Shown piece after piece: positions 28,449 through 37,906 of a DNA stretch of 64,000 nucleotides. Both the position numbers and the translations under genes were made by a program. The notes under the pieces were generated by a model. It was given only the letters and a program-made list of their open reading frames with translations. It was not told the origin of the DNA and ran no database searches. How positions within the stretch are numbered: the stretch's first letter is position 1; each line of letters opens with the position of its first letter. The stretch comes from Candidatus Latescibacterota bacterium (GTDB lineage: Bacteria; Latescibacterota; UBA2968; GCA-2709665): NCBI GenBank assembly GCA_965205485.1, contig OZ242180.1, positions 2,720,001 to 2,784,000 of the forward strand, in the 5' to 3' direction.

Positions 28449-29875
28449 GCGTCGAATCCCTGCCGCATGCTTTGCTCGTCCAGGTTTCGGCCGATGAAGA
28501 CGAGCTGATTTCGCCGGAGCGCGTCGCCCCACGGCTGGTCCGGCTGGCCGTCAAAGAGCATGTGAACCCCCTGGAAGACGAAGCGACGCGACTCGCCGGC
28601 AAGGCTGATGAAGCCCTTCATTCGGAAGATGTCAACCCCACGTTCGGCGAGCAGCCTGCCAAGCCAGTCGTTGAGCCTTTCGAGATCGACGTCGCCGTTC
28701 CTCTCGATCGCGATCGAGCCCACCTCGTCGTCGTGTTCGTGCTGCGCGACCCAGGTCCGCTCGACCTCGATGGGAACCACCGCTCCGTTGACGCGGGGGA
28801 CGCCGTTCCCTGTGGCGGCAAGATTAGAGCGCGGACTGTCCTCCAGCCTGAGTGTCGCTCCATCCGCGTTCTTCAACTGGAGATCGAACTCCTCCGCGAT
28901 ATGCTGGGCGTAGAGGCCAACCCGCGCCCGCGTATCGACCTCGAGAAAGAACGACTTGCGCCCCGGAGCGTCGAGCCAAAGGGTCACATGCTTTCCAACC
29001 GGTATTTCTCCCCCCGGGTGAATGAGTTCCGCGGGTTGAGCGTACCGCCGCACGCACCACTCAGCACCCTCTCGGAGGGCGGCGTCATTGGTGCCCTGAT
29101 CGGGCGCGACGACGAGAGACATCGCCGGATCGGGTCCATCGGCGAGGCTGAGTTCGTAGCGGCCGATATCGAGCGAGTAGACGCCAGTCCATTCGAACGG
29201 GTACTCCGGCTCGAGGAAGGAGGGTCGACGCTCGAGCGCCTGGTCAAGGTCGAAGGCGTTGAGGTTGAGTACGGTATCGAGGGAGACGTTCGCCCGCTCG
29301 CAACGCACGACTCGCGCCATCTGATTCATGTCTCGCAGCCGGGCTTCGAGCGTGTCGAGCGCCTCGCCGTTCACGAGGTCCGTTTTGTTGAGAACGAGGA
29401 CGTCGGCGAACGCGACCTGCTCCGTACTCTCGTCGCTCCGGCCGAGCTGCTGCTCGATGTGGGCTGCATCGACGAGGGTGACGATCCCGTCGAGCGAGAA
29501 CTCCTCGCGAATCTCGTCGTCCATGAAGAAGGTCTGAGCGACCGGACCGGGGTCGGCAAGCCCGGTGGTTTCCACCAGAACATAGTCGAACTTGTCACGG
29601 CGCTTCATGAGATTGCCGAGTACGCGAATCAGGTCTCCGCGCACCGTGCAGCAGATGCAGCCGTTCGACATCTCGAAGATCTCCTCGTCAGCATTGATGA
29701 CAAGCGCCTGATCGATGCCGACCTCCCCGTACTCATTCTCGATCACGGCAATGCGCTTGCCGTGCTCCTCGCTCAAGATGCGGTTGAGCAGGGTCGTCTT
29801 GCCGGAGCCGAGGAAGCCGGTAAGGATTGTGACGGGTACTCTTCGAGGGGGAATCTCCAAATTCGGCGTGTTCAT
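28436..29875 (-). CDS. COG0523/CobW family GTPase (zinc metallochaperone)
   Basis: TGFLGSGKTT, NGCICCTVRGDL, ETTGLADP, NKTD, CobW_C domain (FRMKG..FQGVH). Confidence 0.92.
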   Translation of the reverse strand: MNTPNLEIPPRRVPVTILTGFLGSGKTTLLNRILSEEHGKRIAVIENEYGEVGIDQALVINADEEIFEMSNGCICCTVRGDLIRVLGNLMKRRDKFDYVLVETTGLADPGPVAQTFFMDDEIREEFSLDGIVTLVDAAHIEQQLGRSDESTEQVAFADVLVLNKTDLVNGEALDTLEARLRDMNQMARVVRCERANVSLDTVLNLNAFDLDQALERRPSFLEPEYPFEWTGVYSLDIGRYELSLADGPDPAMSLVVAPDQGTNDAALREGAEWCVRRYAQPAELIHPGGEIPVGKHVTLWLDAPGRKSFFLEVDTRARVGLYAQHIAEEFDLQLKNADGATLRLEDSPRSNLAATGNGVPRVNGAVVPIEVERTWVAQHEHDDEVGSIAIERNGDVDLERLNDWLGRLLAERGVDIFRMKGFISLAGESRRFVFQGVHMLFDGQPDQPWGDALRRNQLVFIGRNLDEQSMRQGFDACLV

Positions 29876-29887
29876 CTAGTCCTCCTT

Positions 29888-30052
29888 GTGTTCTGTCCCG
29901 GAAATAAGTTGCCTGAATTCGACCGCCGAGTCGCCCGGCTCGCAAGGCGCCAGAGCGCAGGCGACCTGCGTATGGTCGGCGAGCGAGGGGAACACAGCGA
30001 GACGGGATGAATCGCCGGTCGAATGGCGAGGAATTTTCGGGACAGGACACTA
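29888..30052 (-). mobile_element. MITE family A, copy 2
   Basis: Reverse complement TAGTGTCCTGTCCCGAAAA...TTTCCGGGACAGAACAC. Confidence 0.75.
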
Positions 30053-30349
30053 AAGCAGCGGTTCGAGTTTTGGAAGTTGGACGTCGAATCCCCACGCCGT
30101 GCAGACCTGGACCAGGTCTTCGGCGTCAACGGCGTCCGTGGGTTTGTGAAGCTTGTGTTGTAACGGTTGGGCATCGCGCCGAAGCAGAGCGACCACGGTT
30201 TCAACAGGCGCGCAGCCTTCTTCAAGGCATGCCAATTCGGTGACCGAAATCGTCGTGTCATCGGAGAGGCTTAGCGCTTCGCGCAATGCGTTTTTAATCT
30301 GGCGAACCCGTTCGCGGTTGGGGCGGCGTGGAGATGTGTTGATCAACAT
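30050..30349 (-). CDS. Small hypothetical protein in the CobW operon
   Basis: ISVTELACLEEGCAPVETVVALL..KLHKP; coupled to zur. Confidence 0.65.
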   Translation of the reverse strand: MLINTSPRRPNRERVRQIKNALREALSLSDDTTISVTELACLEEGCAPVETVVALLRRDAQPLQHKLHKPTDAVDAEDLVQVCTAWGFDVQLPKLEPLL

Positions 30350-30807
30350 ATTCCCTCTTCTCCCTCTGAAATGCACTGCGCACAGGTTCCCAGCAGTTCG
30401 ACGACCGGACGCTTCGTACGGAATCCAATCTCCTTGCCTGCCGCTTTCAGGCTCCTGGCAACATTGGGGTCTTCAACCTCGTCCACTTCGCCGCAGTCAT
30501 CGCAGATCAGGAACTGGCTGGTGTGCGGATGATCCGGATGTGCACAGCCCACGTATGCGCTCAGGCTCTCGAGCTTGTGCGCCAGTCCCTGTTCGAGCAG
30601 GAAACTCAATGCCCGGTAGACCGTCGGCGGTGCGGGGTTCTTGACATAGCCGCGCATGCGCTCCAATAGCACGTAAGCGCTGAGCGGTTTTTCCGATACG
30701 CACAACAGCTCAAGAACGGTCTTGCGCTGTTTGCTCAGCCGCAGGCCGCGCTCACGGCACAGCGCCTCGGCTCGATCCAGTACATGGGAAAGCGCTTTGT
30801 TATTCAC
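30343..30807 (-). CDS. zur: Fur-family zinc uptake regulator
   Basis: PPTVYRALSFLLEQGLAHKLES, FLICDDCG, CAQC; lies in a zinc ABC operon with a Zur box. Confidence 0.85.
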   Translation of the reverse strand: MNNKALSHVLDRAEALCRERGLRLSKQRKTVLELLCVSEKPLSAYVLLERMRGYVKNPAPPTVYRALSFLLEQGLAHKLESLSAYVGCAHPDHPHTSQFLICDDCGEVDEVEDPNVARSLKAAGKEIGFRTKRPVVELLGTCAQCISEGEEGIC

Positions 30808-31820
30808 GGGCTTCTCCTCGCCACGCACCTCTCGTGGCAGCTGGTTGCGCACGGCGGCGATCGAGGACTTGCGTCAGCTCCTCGGACAAGACATACACCC
30901 CTGGTCACTGAACCCGATGAGTCGCACAGGGCGGCGACCAGCGTCAGGACGTTGTGCAGCATCATGTCAAGGTGGGTACCGGCCGGCCCGTCCGCCTTCG
31001 ACAGAGCGTCGGAATAGAGCGTGCCGCCGATCTGCGCTCCGGTTTCCCGGACGATCTGGTCGAGCAGGCGGCGGTCGGAGATGTTCTCGACGAAGACGGC
31101 CGGAATCTTTTCCCTGTTGATCTGACGAATCAGCCTGGCGACGTCACCCGCGGACGCCTCCGCTTCGGTGCTGAACCCGACCGGCGCGTGAAACTCGATA
31201 CCGTAGGCTGCCGACAGGTAGCCAAAGGCGTCATGGGACGTGACCACCTTGCGCCGTTCGACCGGCAGCGAATCAATTGCCTTGCGAACATGTGCCTCGA
31301 CCGCGTCGATCTCCTCCAGGTAGCGCGCCGCGCTGCCTCGATAGATTTCGGCCCCCGCAGGGTCGATCGCAGCCAATCCGTCGGCGATGTTGCGGACGTA
31401 GATCCGGGCATTGGCAAGACTCTGCCAGGCATGGGGATCGATCTCGCCGCCGTCGCGATCCGATAACATCCGGGGTTCGATGCCGCTTGTCGTTGTCACG
31501 ACCGGCCCCCTGTAGCCGGATGCCTCCGTGAGACGGTCTATCCAGCCCTCAAAGCCCAATCCATTGACGACCAACAGCCTGGCCCCGGCGACGGCCCGCG
31601 CGTCGGCCGGAGTCGGCCGATAGACGTGCGCGTCACTGTCGGGGCCTACGAGGGTGGTGACGCGCACCCGATCACCGCCTACCTGCCGGACCATATCACC
31701 CAGGATGCTGAACGATGCGACAACGTCGATGGGTGCATCGGCGCCGACGGTCCCCGAACCTGACACGGCGATCAAACAAGCGGCGAAGACGGAAAACAGG
31801 ATAGATCGCTTCGATGTCAT
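30804..31820 (-). CDS. Metal ABC transporter substrate-binding protein (ZnuA/AztC-like)
   Basis: DAHVYRPTP, DPHAW, TSHDAFGY, LYSDALS. Confidence 0.9.
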   Translation of the reverse strand: MTSKRSILFSVFAACLIAVSGSGTVGADAPIDVVASFSILGDMVRQVGGDRVRVTTLVGPDSDAHVYRPTPADARAVAGARLLVVNGLGFEGWIDRLTEASGYRGPVVTTTSGIEPRMLSDRDGGEIDPHAWQSLANARIYVRNIADGLAAIDPAGAEIYRGSAARYLEEIDAVEAHVRKAIDSLPVERRKVVTSHDAFGYLSAAYGIEFHAPVGFSTEAEASAGDVARLIRQINREKIPAVFVENISDRRLLDQIVRETGAQIGGTLYSDALSKADGPAGTHLDMMLHNVLTLVAALCDSSGSVTRGVCLVRGADASPRSPPCATSCHERCVARRSP

Positions 31821-31847
31821 AGGCTTACTCGTAGTTCTGTATTAAAA

Positions 31848-32717
31848 TCATGCTTCCAGATGACGGCGTGGCTTGAGACGCGTCATGATGACGCCGTCAG
31901 GCCCGAAGGACAGCGAGAACAGATAGAACGCTCCCGCCGTCAGGATGATGGCGGGGCCGGAAGGCAGACTGGCGTAATAGGACAACAACAGGCCCACGAA
32001 CCCGCCCAGGAAGGCCGCAATTACACTGATGACCACCAGGGGCGTGACGTCGCGCGTCCAGAACCGGGCGGCAGCGGCGGGAAGTATCATGATGCCCACC
32101 GCCATCAGGGTCCCCAGCGCATGAAACCCGCCCACCAGATTGAGGACCGTCAGGACGAGAAAGCTGTAGTGGGCCACCGGACTCAAGGGACTGACCGAGC
32201 GGAGAAAGCCCGGGTCGAAACACTCCATCACCAACGGCCTGTAGATGACGGCAAGCCCGAAAAGGGTGACCGTGGCGATTCCCGAGACCAGGAATATGGC
32301 CGTATCGTCCAAGGCGAGGACCGTGCCGAACAGGATGTGCAACAGGTCGACATTGCTTCCGCGCGTCGAGACGATCACCACCCCGACGGCGAGGGAAATC
32401 AGATAGAAGGCGGCCAGGCTGGAATCCTCACGGGCCACGGTGGTTCGGGCTGCCAGTCCGGATAGCATCGCCACAGTCACTCCCGCGATGACCCCGCCGA
32501 GGGTCATCGCGCCGAGCGACAGCCCTGCCACGAGGTACCCGAGCGCGGCGCCGGGAAGAATCGCATGGGCCATGGCGTCCCCGGCCAGACTCATCCGCCG
32601 CAGGGTCAGGAACACCCCGATGGGCGTCGCCCCCAGCGAAAGAGCAAGGCACCCGACCAGGGCCCGACGCATGAAGCCGAATTCAACGAAGGGGGCGATG
32701 ACGGCATCGTACATCAC
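31848..32717 (-). CDS. Metal ABC transporter permease (ZnuB/AztB-like)
   Basis: RRMSLAGDAMAHAILPG, DLLHILFG. Confidence 0.9.
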   Translation of the reverse strand: MMYDAVIAPFVEFGFMRRALVGCLALSLGATPIGVFLTLRRMSLAGDAMAHAILPGAALGYLVAGLSLGAMTLGGVIAGVTVAMLSGLAARTTVAREDSSLAAFYLISLAVGVVIVSTRGSNVDLLHILFGTVLALDDTAIFLVSGIATVTLFGLAVIYRPLVMECFDPGFLRSVSPLSPVAHYSFLVLTVLNLVGGFHALGTLMAVGIMILPAAAARFWTRDVTPLVVISVIAAFLGGFVGLLLSYYASLPSGPAIILTAGAFYLFSLSFGPDGVIMTRLKPRRHLEA

Positions 32718-32751
32718 GTGCCTCTTGCCGGAGGAGAGGAGGCGCCGGCGT

Positions 32752-33501
32752 TCATCTCCCGCATACGGCCGCCCCTTCGATAAAAGCCTCGGTAAGCCGG
32801 CGCGCGCGATCGAGATTCGCTGGAGAAAGGACGTACTCCGTTGGCCCCGCGGCGATCTGCTCGCGGGCCAGCAGAAGGGTCTCGGGGAAATCCGTCCGAA
32901 CCTGATCCAGGTCGTGCAGGACGGCGACGACCGTCCTCGCCTCCCCGTGCCAGCGATGAATGAGTCCCTTCAGATCACGTACTGTAGCGGAATCGATCGC
33001 CGTGAACGGCTCGTCGAGAAGAATCAGCCGCGCGTCCTGGAGGAGCAGGCGGGCGAACAGGGAACGTTGCATCTGCCCGCCGGAAAGGGTGCCGATGGAG
33101 CGCTTCTCGAAACCACCCAGACCCACGATATCCAGGACTTCGCCGACCTTCCGGTTACCCTCGCGTCCGAATCGACGGAAAGCCCCCGTCTTTCGCCACA
33201 ATCCCATGGCCACCATGTCGAAGACCGAGATCGGAAAGCTCCGATCGATATCGGACTGTTGAGGGAGGTACGCGATGTCCGAGGCTTTGATCCCCGTCAA
33301 CCTGATTTCGCCTTCAAGGGGCGCGAGGTTGCCGGAGGTTCCTTTAAGTAGAGTCGACTTTCCGGCGCCGTTCGGTCCAACCACGGCGACCAGGGCGCCC
33401 GCGCGGATGGCGTAATCGAGATGATGGACTGCGGGGTGGCGGTCGTATCCGAGGGTCAGGTTATCAAAATGCAGGATCGTTCCGTCCGTTGGCGCACTCA
33501 T
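32752..33501 (-). CDS. Metal ABC transporter ATP-binding protein (ZnuC/AztA-like)
   Basis: GPNGAGKST, LSGGQMQR, LLDEPF. Confidence 0.9.
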   Translation of the reverse strand: MSAPTDGTILHFDNLTLGYDRHPAVHHLDYAIRAGALVAVVGPNGAGKSTLLKGTSGNLAPLEGEIRLTGIKASDIAYLPQQSDIDRSFPISVFDMVAMGLWRKTGAFRRFGREGNRKVGEVLDIVGLGGFEKRSIGTLSGGQMQRSLFARLLLQDARLILLDEPFTAIDSATVRDLKGLIHRWHGEARTVVAVLHDLDQVRTDFPETLLLAREQIAAGPTEYVLSPANLDRARRLTEAFIEGAAVCGR

Positions 33502-33605
33502 AGCAGGGCCCATGCGACCGCGAACCACAACAGACCGGCGGCGCCGCCGGCAAGCGCGAGGCGCGCTCCGATACCGGCCCGAAGTGGAGAGAATTGTGGC
33601 TTCAT
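33498..33605 (-). CDS. 35-aa hydrophobic peptide overlapping the ABC ATPase start
   Basis: MKPQFSPLRAGIGARLALAGGAAGLLWFAVAWALL; ATGA overlap. Confidence 0.5.
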   Translation of the reverse strand: MKPQFSPLRAGIGARLALAGGAAGLLWFAVAWALL

Positions 33606-33618
33606 CCGGATAATCCTG

Positions 33619-33782
33619 AGAAGCTGTTTTAAAATTACCGGTGAGTTCCCGAGCGCGAGCGAAAAAGTGGCGGTCAAGGCGGGAAAACCCGCCCATATTT
33701 GTCTATACGGGTGGGTTTGACCAACGCAGACCGGCGCTTTTGCAGCCGTGCGAAGACCGCTGGGAATTTTATGACAGCTTCT
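33619..33782. mobile_element. MITE family B, full-length copy (164 bp)
   Basis: TIRs AGAAGCTGTTTTAAAATT / AATTTTATGACAGCTTCT. Confidence 0.8.
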
Positions 33783-33822
33783 AATGACAATTCGCGCGGA
33801 CAACGAGGCCAAGGCCCACCGC

Positions 33823-34848
33823 TTACATACCCATTGCTGGTTTAAGTGCAAACGACGCGTTCAGCAGCCACAGCGCGAAAAGGACCAGGAGGGCGCCGCC
33901 AAGCGCGCCTACGCCACCGGCCGCCAGCGTCCACAACGGCGACCTGTGAGCGACGACCTCACTCGCCCAGTCTCGCGCCCTCGTAGCAATAATGGCCAGG
34001 ACAACAACGGTGATCGCGGTACCTATGGACATGGCAAACACGGAAAGCGCCCCATGCCAGTGTAAATCCATCACGGCGGCGAGGACGAGCACCAACACTG
34101 CTCCGCTGCAAGGGCGCAGCCCAATGGCCAAAACCACGCCAGCCGCCGCATGCCGGCCGCCGGCAGTATCAATCTCTGCAGCGCTGGGCAGATGCCGGCA
34201 ACCGCCATCCGCCCCGTGTACATGATCGGCATGGTCGTGGCGGACTTCGCCGGTTTCTCGGCGCAATTGGCGAACGCTTTCTGACAGGGCACTTGCCGCG
34301 CGTACCAACAGGTAGAGTCCGACGATCGCAAGCAGCGTGAAACTGACTCGCGTAGCCCACAATGATGCCGTTTCCGTCTCCATAGGCAGCCAACCTGCCA
34401 AACCGATCGGGACGTAGACCAGCACCAGCGCCGTCACCCCCTGAAGGAGTCCGGCTGCGGCGCCCATGGCGACCCCGCGATTCAGCCGGCTTCGGTGGGT
34501 CAGCAGATAGGTCGTCAACACGACCTTCCCGTGCCCGGGCCCCGCGGCATGCAAGACACCGTAGAGAAAGCTCATCAGCACCAGAGCCCAGCCGACGTCA
34601 TCCTTGCCGCGCAGCGATCGCAATTCGGTTGTCAGTTGTACGAGAAAATCGCGTTGCTTATCCAGGACCCACGTCGCAGCCTGATCCCAGAGCGAAGATG
34701 CCTGCCCGGTGTCAGCGTGACTTTCACCGCTGGAGTACTCGGCCGCGATTGGCTCGCCGGGCAGCATCGTTGCCGCGTGGAGATCCGCGGAGAATGCGGC
34801 GGCACACAGCCATGCGAGAAAGACCGCGATGTCGTAACTCACTCGCAT
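33823..34848 (-). CDS. Nickel/cobalt transporter (RcnA/NiCoT-like)
   Basis: YGVLHAAGPGHGK, His-rich loop, GLRPCSGA. Confidence 0.85.
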   Translation of the reverse strand: MRVSYDIAVFLAWLCAAAFSADLHAATMLPGEPIAAEYSSGESHADTGQASSLWDQAATWVLDKQRDFLVQLTTELRSLRGKDDVGWALVLMSFLYGVLHAAGPGHGKVVLTTYLLTHRSRLNRGVAMGAAAGLLQGVTALVLVYVPIGLAGWLPMETETASLWATRVSFTLLAIVGLYLLVRAASALSESVRQLRRETGEVRHDHADHVHGADGGCRHLPSAAEIDTAGGRHAAAGVVLAIGLRPCSGAVLVLVLAAVMDLHWHGALSVFAMSIGTAITVVVLAIIATRARDWASEVVAHRSPLWTLAAGGVGALGGALLVLFALWLLNASFALKPAMGM

Positions 34849-35043
34849 CGAATCGTCACCGTTTCAGAAGACAGAATGCCGAGGCCATTGCCACCGCTTT
34901 CATTGATGACGGGCGAGGCGGCATTTGGGCCGGGTTATGCCACGGGCCGATCGCCCGCGGCCTGGCGTGATGTAGAGGCTGTCGATACAGGCCAGGTTGC
35001 GGTTGGTTTCAGGACAAGCGGGTCGTCCTCTTCGATTGAATGA

Positions 35044-35090
35044 TGTTATGTTATAACATAACAATATAAACGAACGGGATACGTTGTCAA
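35044..35090 (-). promoter_or_regulatory. Zur box and overlapping sigma70 promoter
   Basis: Perfect palindrome TGTTATGTTATAACATAACA (35044-35063); minus-strand TTGACA-16 nt-TATATT. Confidence 0.8.
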
Positions 35091-35392
35091 GCGCACGATT
35101 GAGAATTCAGCGAAAGAGATCGCTTTTGTATGCTCGTCAGTGTCGGCAAGTAGGGGCGGCCGGCCGGTCGCCCCTACACCAATTCTGACCGAATGCGCCA
35201 GATGGTTCCAAGGTTGCGCTTCCATGCCTACCGAATCTAAGGGGGAACGGGTTGAGTCCCGCGTCCCTCTTTCGTATATTCGTACCGGATCGGGTCGCCG
35301 AGATCCTCCTTGTTTGTGAAGGCGAACGGCCGGTCGCCCCTACATTGGACAGCAGCGCGAATTGACGGAGACATCGCCGGAAAAACCGCACG

Positions 35393-36850
35393 ATGAATGG
35401 CGCGAATCCACAGCCGAGGATCCTGCTGACCGGCGCCACGGGCTGCATTGGCGGCCGACTGCTTGAAGCGCTCGAGGCAGCGGGACGTCCGGTCCGCTGC
35501 ATGACCCGCCGTCCCGAAGCGCTCATCGCGAAGGTCGGGCCGCAGAGCAGCGTTGTCCGCGGCGACTGCTTCGATCCGGCGTCGCTTGCGGCCGCGTTTT
35601 TGGGCGTCGAAACCGCGTATTACCTGGTCCACTCGTTGGGCGGAAGCGCGGATTTCGAAGACCGGGACCGTGAGGCGGCTCGCAATTTCGGTGACGCGGC
35701 TCTCGACGCCGGCGTGCGGCGCATCGTCTACGTGGGCGGTCTCGGCGCCGCCGAGGGTCTATCAAAGCATCTGCGCAGCCGCCATGAGACGGGAGAGGTA
35801 TTGCGCGGGTCCGGCGTGCCCGTGATCGAGTTCCGTAGCGGCATTGTGCTGGGCGCCGGAAGCCTTTCGTTCGAACTCATCCGGACCCTGGTCGAACGCC
35901 TACCGGTGATGGTCTGTCCGTCGTGGGTGCGTACGCCCACGCAACCGATCGCGCTTGCAGACCTGATCGCGTATCTTGTTGCGGCGCTCGACCTTCCCCC
36001 TGGAGAGAGCCGACGGTTCGAGATTGGCGGCGCGGACGTGGTCTCCTACCGCGAGATCATGTGCGAGTACGCACGGCAGCGCGGTCTCCGACGCCTGCTG
36101 ATTCCCGTGCCTCTGCTGACGCCGCGTCTGTCCAGCCTCTGGCTGGGGCTGACAACGCCGGTCTATGCGCGGGTCGGTCGTGAACTGATCGACGGTCTTC
36201 GCACGGCGACCGTGGTTAACGATACAACCGCAAGGACTGTGTTTCCCGTCCGTCCTCTCGGGTTGCGCGAGGCCACCGCACGGGCCGTCGAGGACGAGGA
36301 CGCGGCTTTCGCCGACACGCCGTGGTCGGAGGCCGCGCTGGCGGCCGCAACAGTCCTGCGCTGGGGCGGCGTCCGTCTCCGCGGCCGGCTGATCTACTCG
36401 TCTGCGGTCGATCTGCCGGTCGATCCTTCGGCTGCGTTCGCCCCCATTGGGCGCATCGGCGGGGTCAAGGGTTGGTACTTCGGTGACTGGATGTGGCGCC
36501 TGCGCGGTCTGGTCGATATGGTACTGGGCGGCGTGGGAATGAACCGGGGCCGCAGGGACCCAGAAAATCTGGCCGCAGGCGACGTCCTGGACTGCTGGCG
36601 GGTGGATGTCTGCGAGCGGAACGTTCGTCTCAGGCTAGCGGCCGAGATGAAGCTGCCCGGTCGGGGCTGGCTCGAGTTTGACGTCACGCCTCGGGACGGA
36701 GGCGTGTCAAGGGTACGCCAGACCGCCGTCTTCGACCCATCGGGCCTTTGGGGGCGTTTCTACTGGCACGCACTGTATCCGATTCATGTCCTGTTGTTCG
36801 GCGGGCTTCTTCGGAGCATCGCACGACGAGCCGTCGCGACGGCGCACTGA
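35393..36850 (+). CDS. NAD(P)-binding SDR with DUF2867 C-terminus (YbjT-like)
   Basis: TGATGCIG, AYYLVHS, LSKHLRSRHE, AEMKLPGRGWLEF. Confidence 0.85.
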   Translation: MNGANPQPRILLTGATGCIGGRLLEALEAAGRPVRCMTRRPEALIAKVGPQSSVVRGDCFDPASLAAAFLGVETAYYLVHSLGGSADFEDRDREAARNFGDAALDAGVRRIVYVGGLGAAEGLSKHLRSRHETGEVLRGSGVPVIEFRSGIVLGAGSLSFELIRTLVERLPVMVCPSWVRTPTQPIALADLIAYLVAALDLPPGESRRFEIGGADVVSYREIMCEYARQRGLRRLLIPVPLLTPRLSSLWLGLTTPVYARVGRELIDGLRTATVVNDTTARTVFPVRPLGLREATARAVEDEDAAFADTPWSEAALAAATVLRWGGVRLRGRLIYSSAVDLPVDPSAAFAPIGRIGGVKGWYFGDWMWRLRGLVDMVLGGVGMNRGRRDPENLAAGDVLDCWRVDVCERNVRLRLAAEMKLPGRGWLEFDVTPRDGGVSRVRQTAVFDPSGLWGRFYWHALYPIHVLLFGGLLRSIARRAVATAH

Positions 36851-36866
36851 TGGACAGGAGGACGCC

Positions 36867-37508
36867 ATGCGCTTCAATGTCGAAGCCCAACTAAATGCGG
36901 CAACACGGTACGTGTCGTCTCCGGAGCGCGATGGAGAATCCGTTCACGCGGTCACCATTGATCGCAGCTACCCCACGACGGTGGAGGACTTATGGGATGC
37001 CGTCACGAACGGCCAGCGCATTACGCGCTGGTTTCTCCCGATCAGTGGCGAACTGGAACTGGACGGCCGTTATCAGCTGGAAGGTAACGCGGGCGGGGTG
37101 ATTACAGCATGTCGAAGACCATCTCATTTCGAGGTCACCTGGGAGTTCGGCAGGGACGTCAGCTGGGTGGAAGTGGATATCTCGGAAGACGGCAACGGGG
37201 ACCCGCGATTGAGTCTCACGCACACCGCTCGTCATTCGCCACACTGGGACGAGTATGGGCCGGGCGCGGCAGGTGTCGGCTGGGAAATGGGTCTCACGGG
37301 GCTGTCGATCCATATCGCGCAACCGGACGAACCGCTTCAGGACGAGACCGCCTTCGCCGCGTCCTCGGAAGGCAGGGCGTTTATATCGGGCAGCAGCGAG
37401 GGATGGGAGCAGGCAGCCGTGGCTGCCGGAACAGACCCCGTCTCGGCGCACGCTGCGGCATGTCGCACAGCCGCTTTCTATACCGGCGAATCGCCAGAGA
37501 CTGCCTGA
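36867..37508 (+). CDS. SRPBCC/AHSA1 domain protein
   Basis: LWDAVT..RWFLPISGEL..YQLEGNAGG, GPGAAGVGW. Confidence 0.8.
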   Translation: MRFNVEAQLNAATRYVSSPERDGESVHAVTIDRSYPTTVEDLWDAVTNGQRITRWFLPISGELELDGRYQLEGNAGGVITACRRPSHFEVTWEFGRDVSWVEVDISEDGNGDPRLSLTHTARHSPHWDEYGPGAAGVGWEMGLTGLSIHIAQPDEPLQDETAFAASSEGRAFISGSSEGWEQAAVAAGTDPVSAHAAACRTAAFYTGESPETA

Positions 37509-37526
37509 CACCGCGACTTGAGAACA

Positions 37527-37639
37527 GAGACGTAAGGCGGTTGACGGGAGAGATTACCTGCCTTGTGACGTCTCTCCTCGTGCCGGAGGCAAGCAGGAAC
37601 AAGACATCGTGCAAGGACTTCCTCTACCGTCTACCCTCT
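37527..37639 (+). repeat. Diverged ~113-bp intergenic element, copy 1
   Basis: Collinear blocks shared with 44794-44906. Confidence 0.6.
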
Positions 37640-37724
37640 TCCGTCTCACCGCCTCTTGGCGACCCTTCAGTAAAGCTATCAGTGTTCAGTCGTCAGCCAA
37701 AACGAGAATCGAAAGGAGATCGTG

Positions 37725-37906
37725 TATGGATATCGAGCTTGTCTACTGCGCCATGTGAGGTTACGAAGACGAGGCCGTCAGTTTGACGCGCCATGTGCTG
37801 GAAGAATACAAGACGTATGGATATCGAGCTTGTCTACTGCGCCATGTGAGGTTACGAAGACGAGGCCGTCAGTTTGACGCGCCATGTGCTGGAAGAATAC
37901 AAGACG
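37725..37906 (+). repeat. Exact 91-bp tandem duplication of the selenoprotein 5' end
   Basis: 37725-37815 identical to 37816-37906. Confidence 0.9.

Noticed and set aside
28304..30010. 568-aa + strand ORF and similar long antisense ORFs (8972..10234, 52793..54148)
   Set aside because: Antisense shadows of well-supported genes, typical of GC-rich DNA.
30804..30930. Cys-containing C-terminal extension of the ZnuA-like protein
   Set aside because: Looks like non-conserved read-through; no motif support.
31718..31724. Isolated TGCGACA half-sites inside genes (also near 52716, 59646, 60064)
   Set aside because: No dyad partner or promoter context; expected by chance.
34839..34935. Short minus-strand frame ending GNGLGILSSETVTIRCE, possible remnant of a DUF1007-like C-terminus
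   Set aside because: Only about 30 codons with no start; resemblance is from memory and too weak to annotate.
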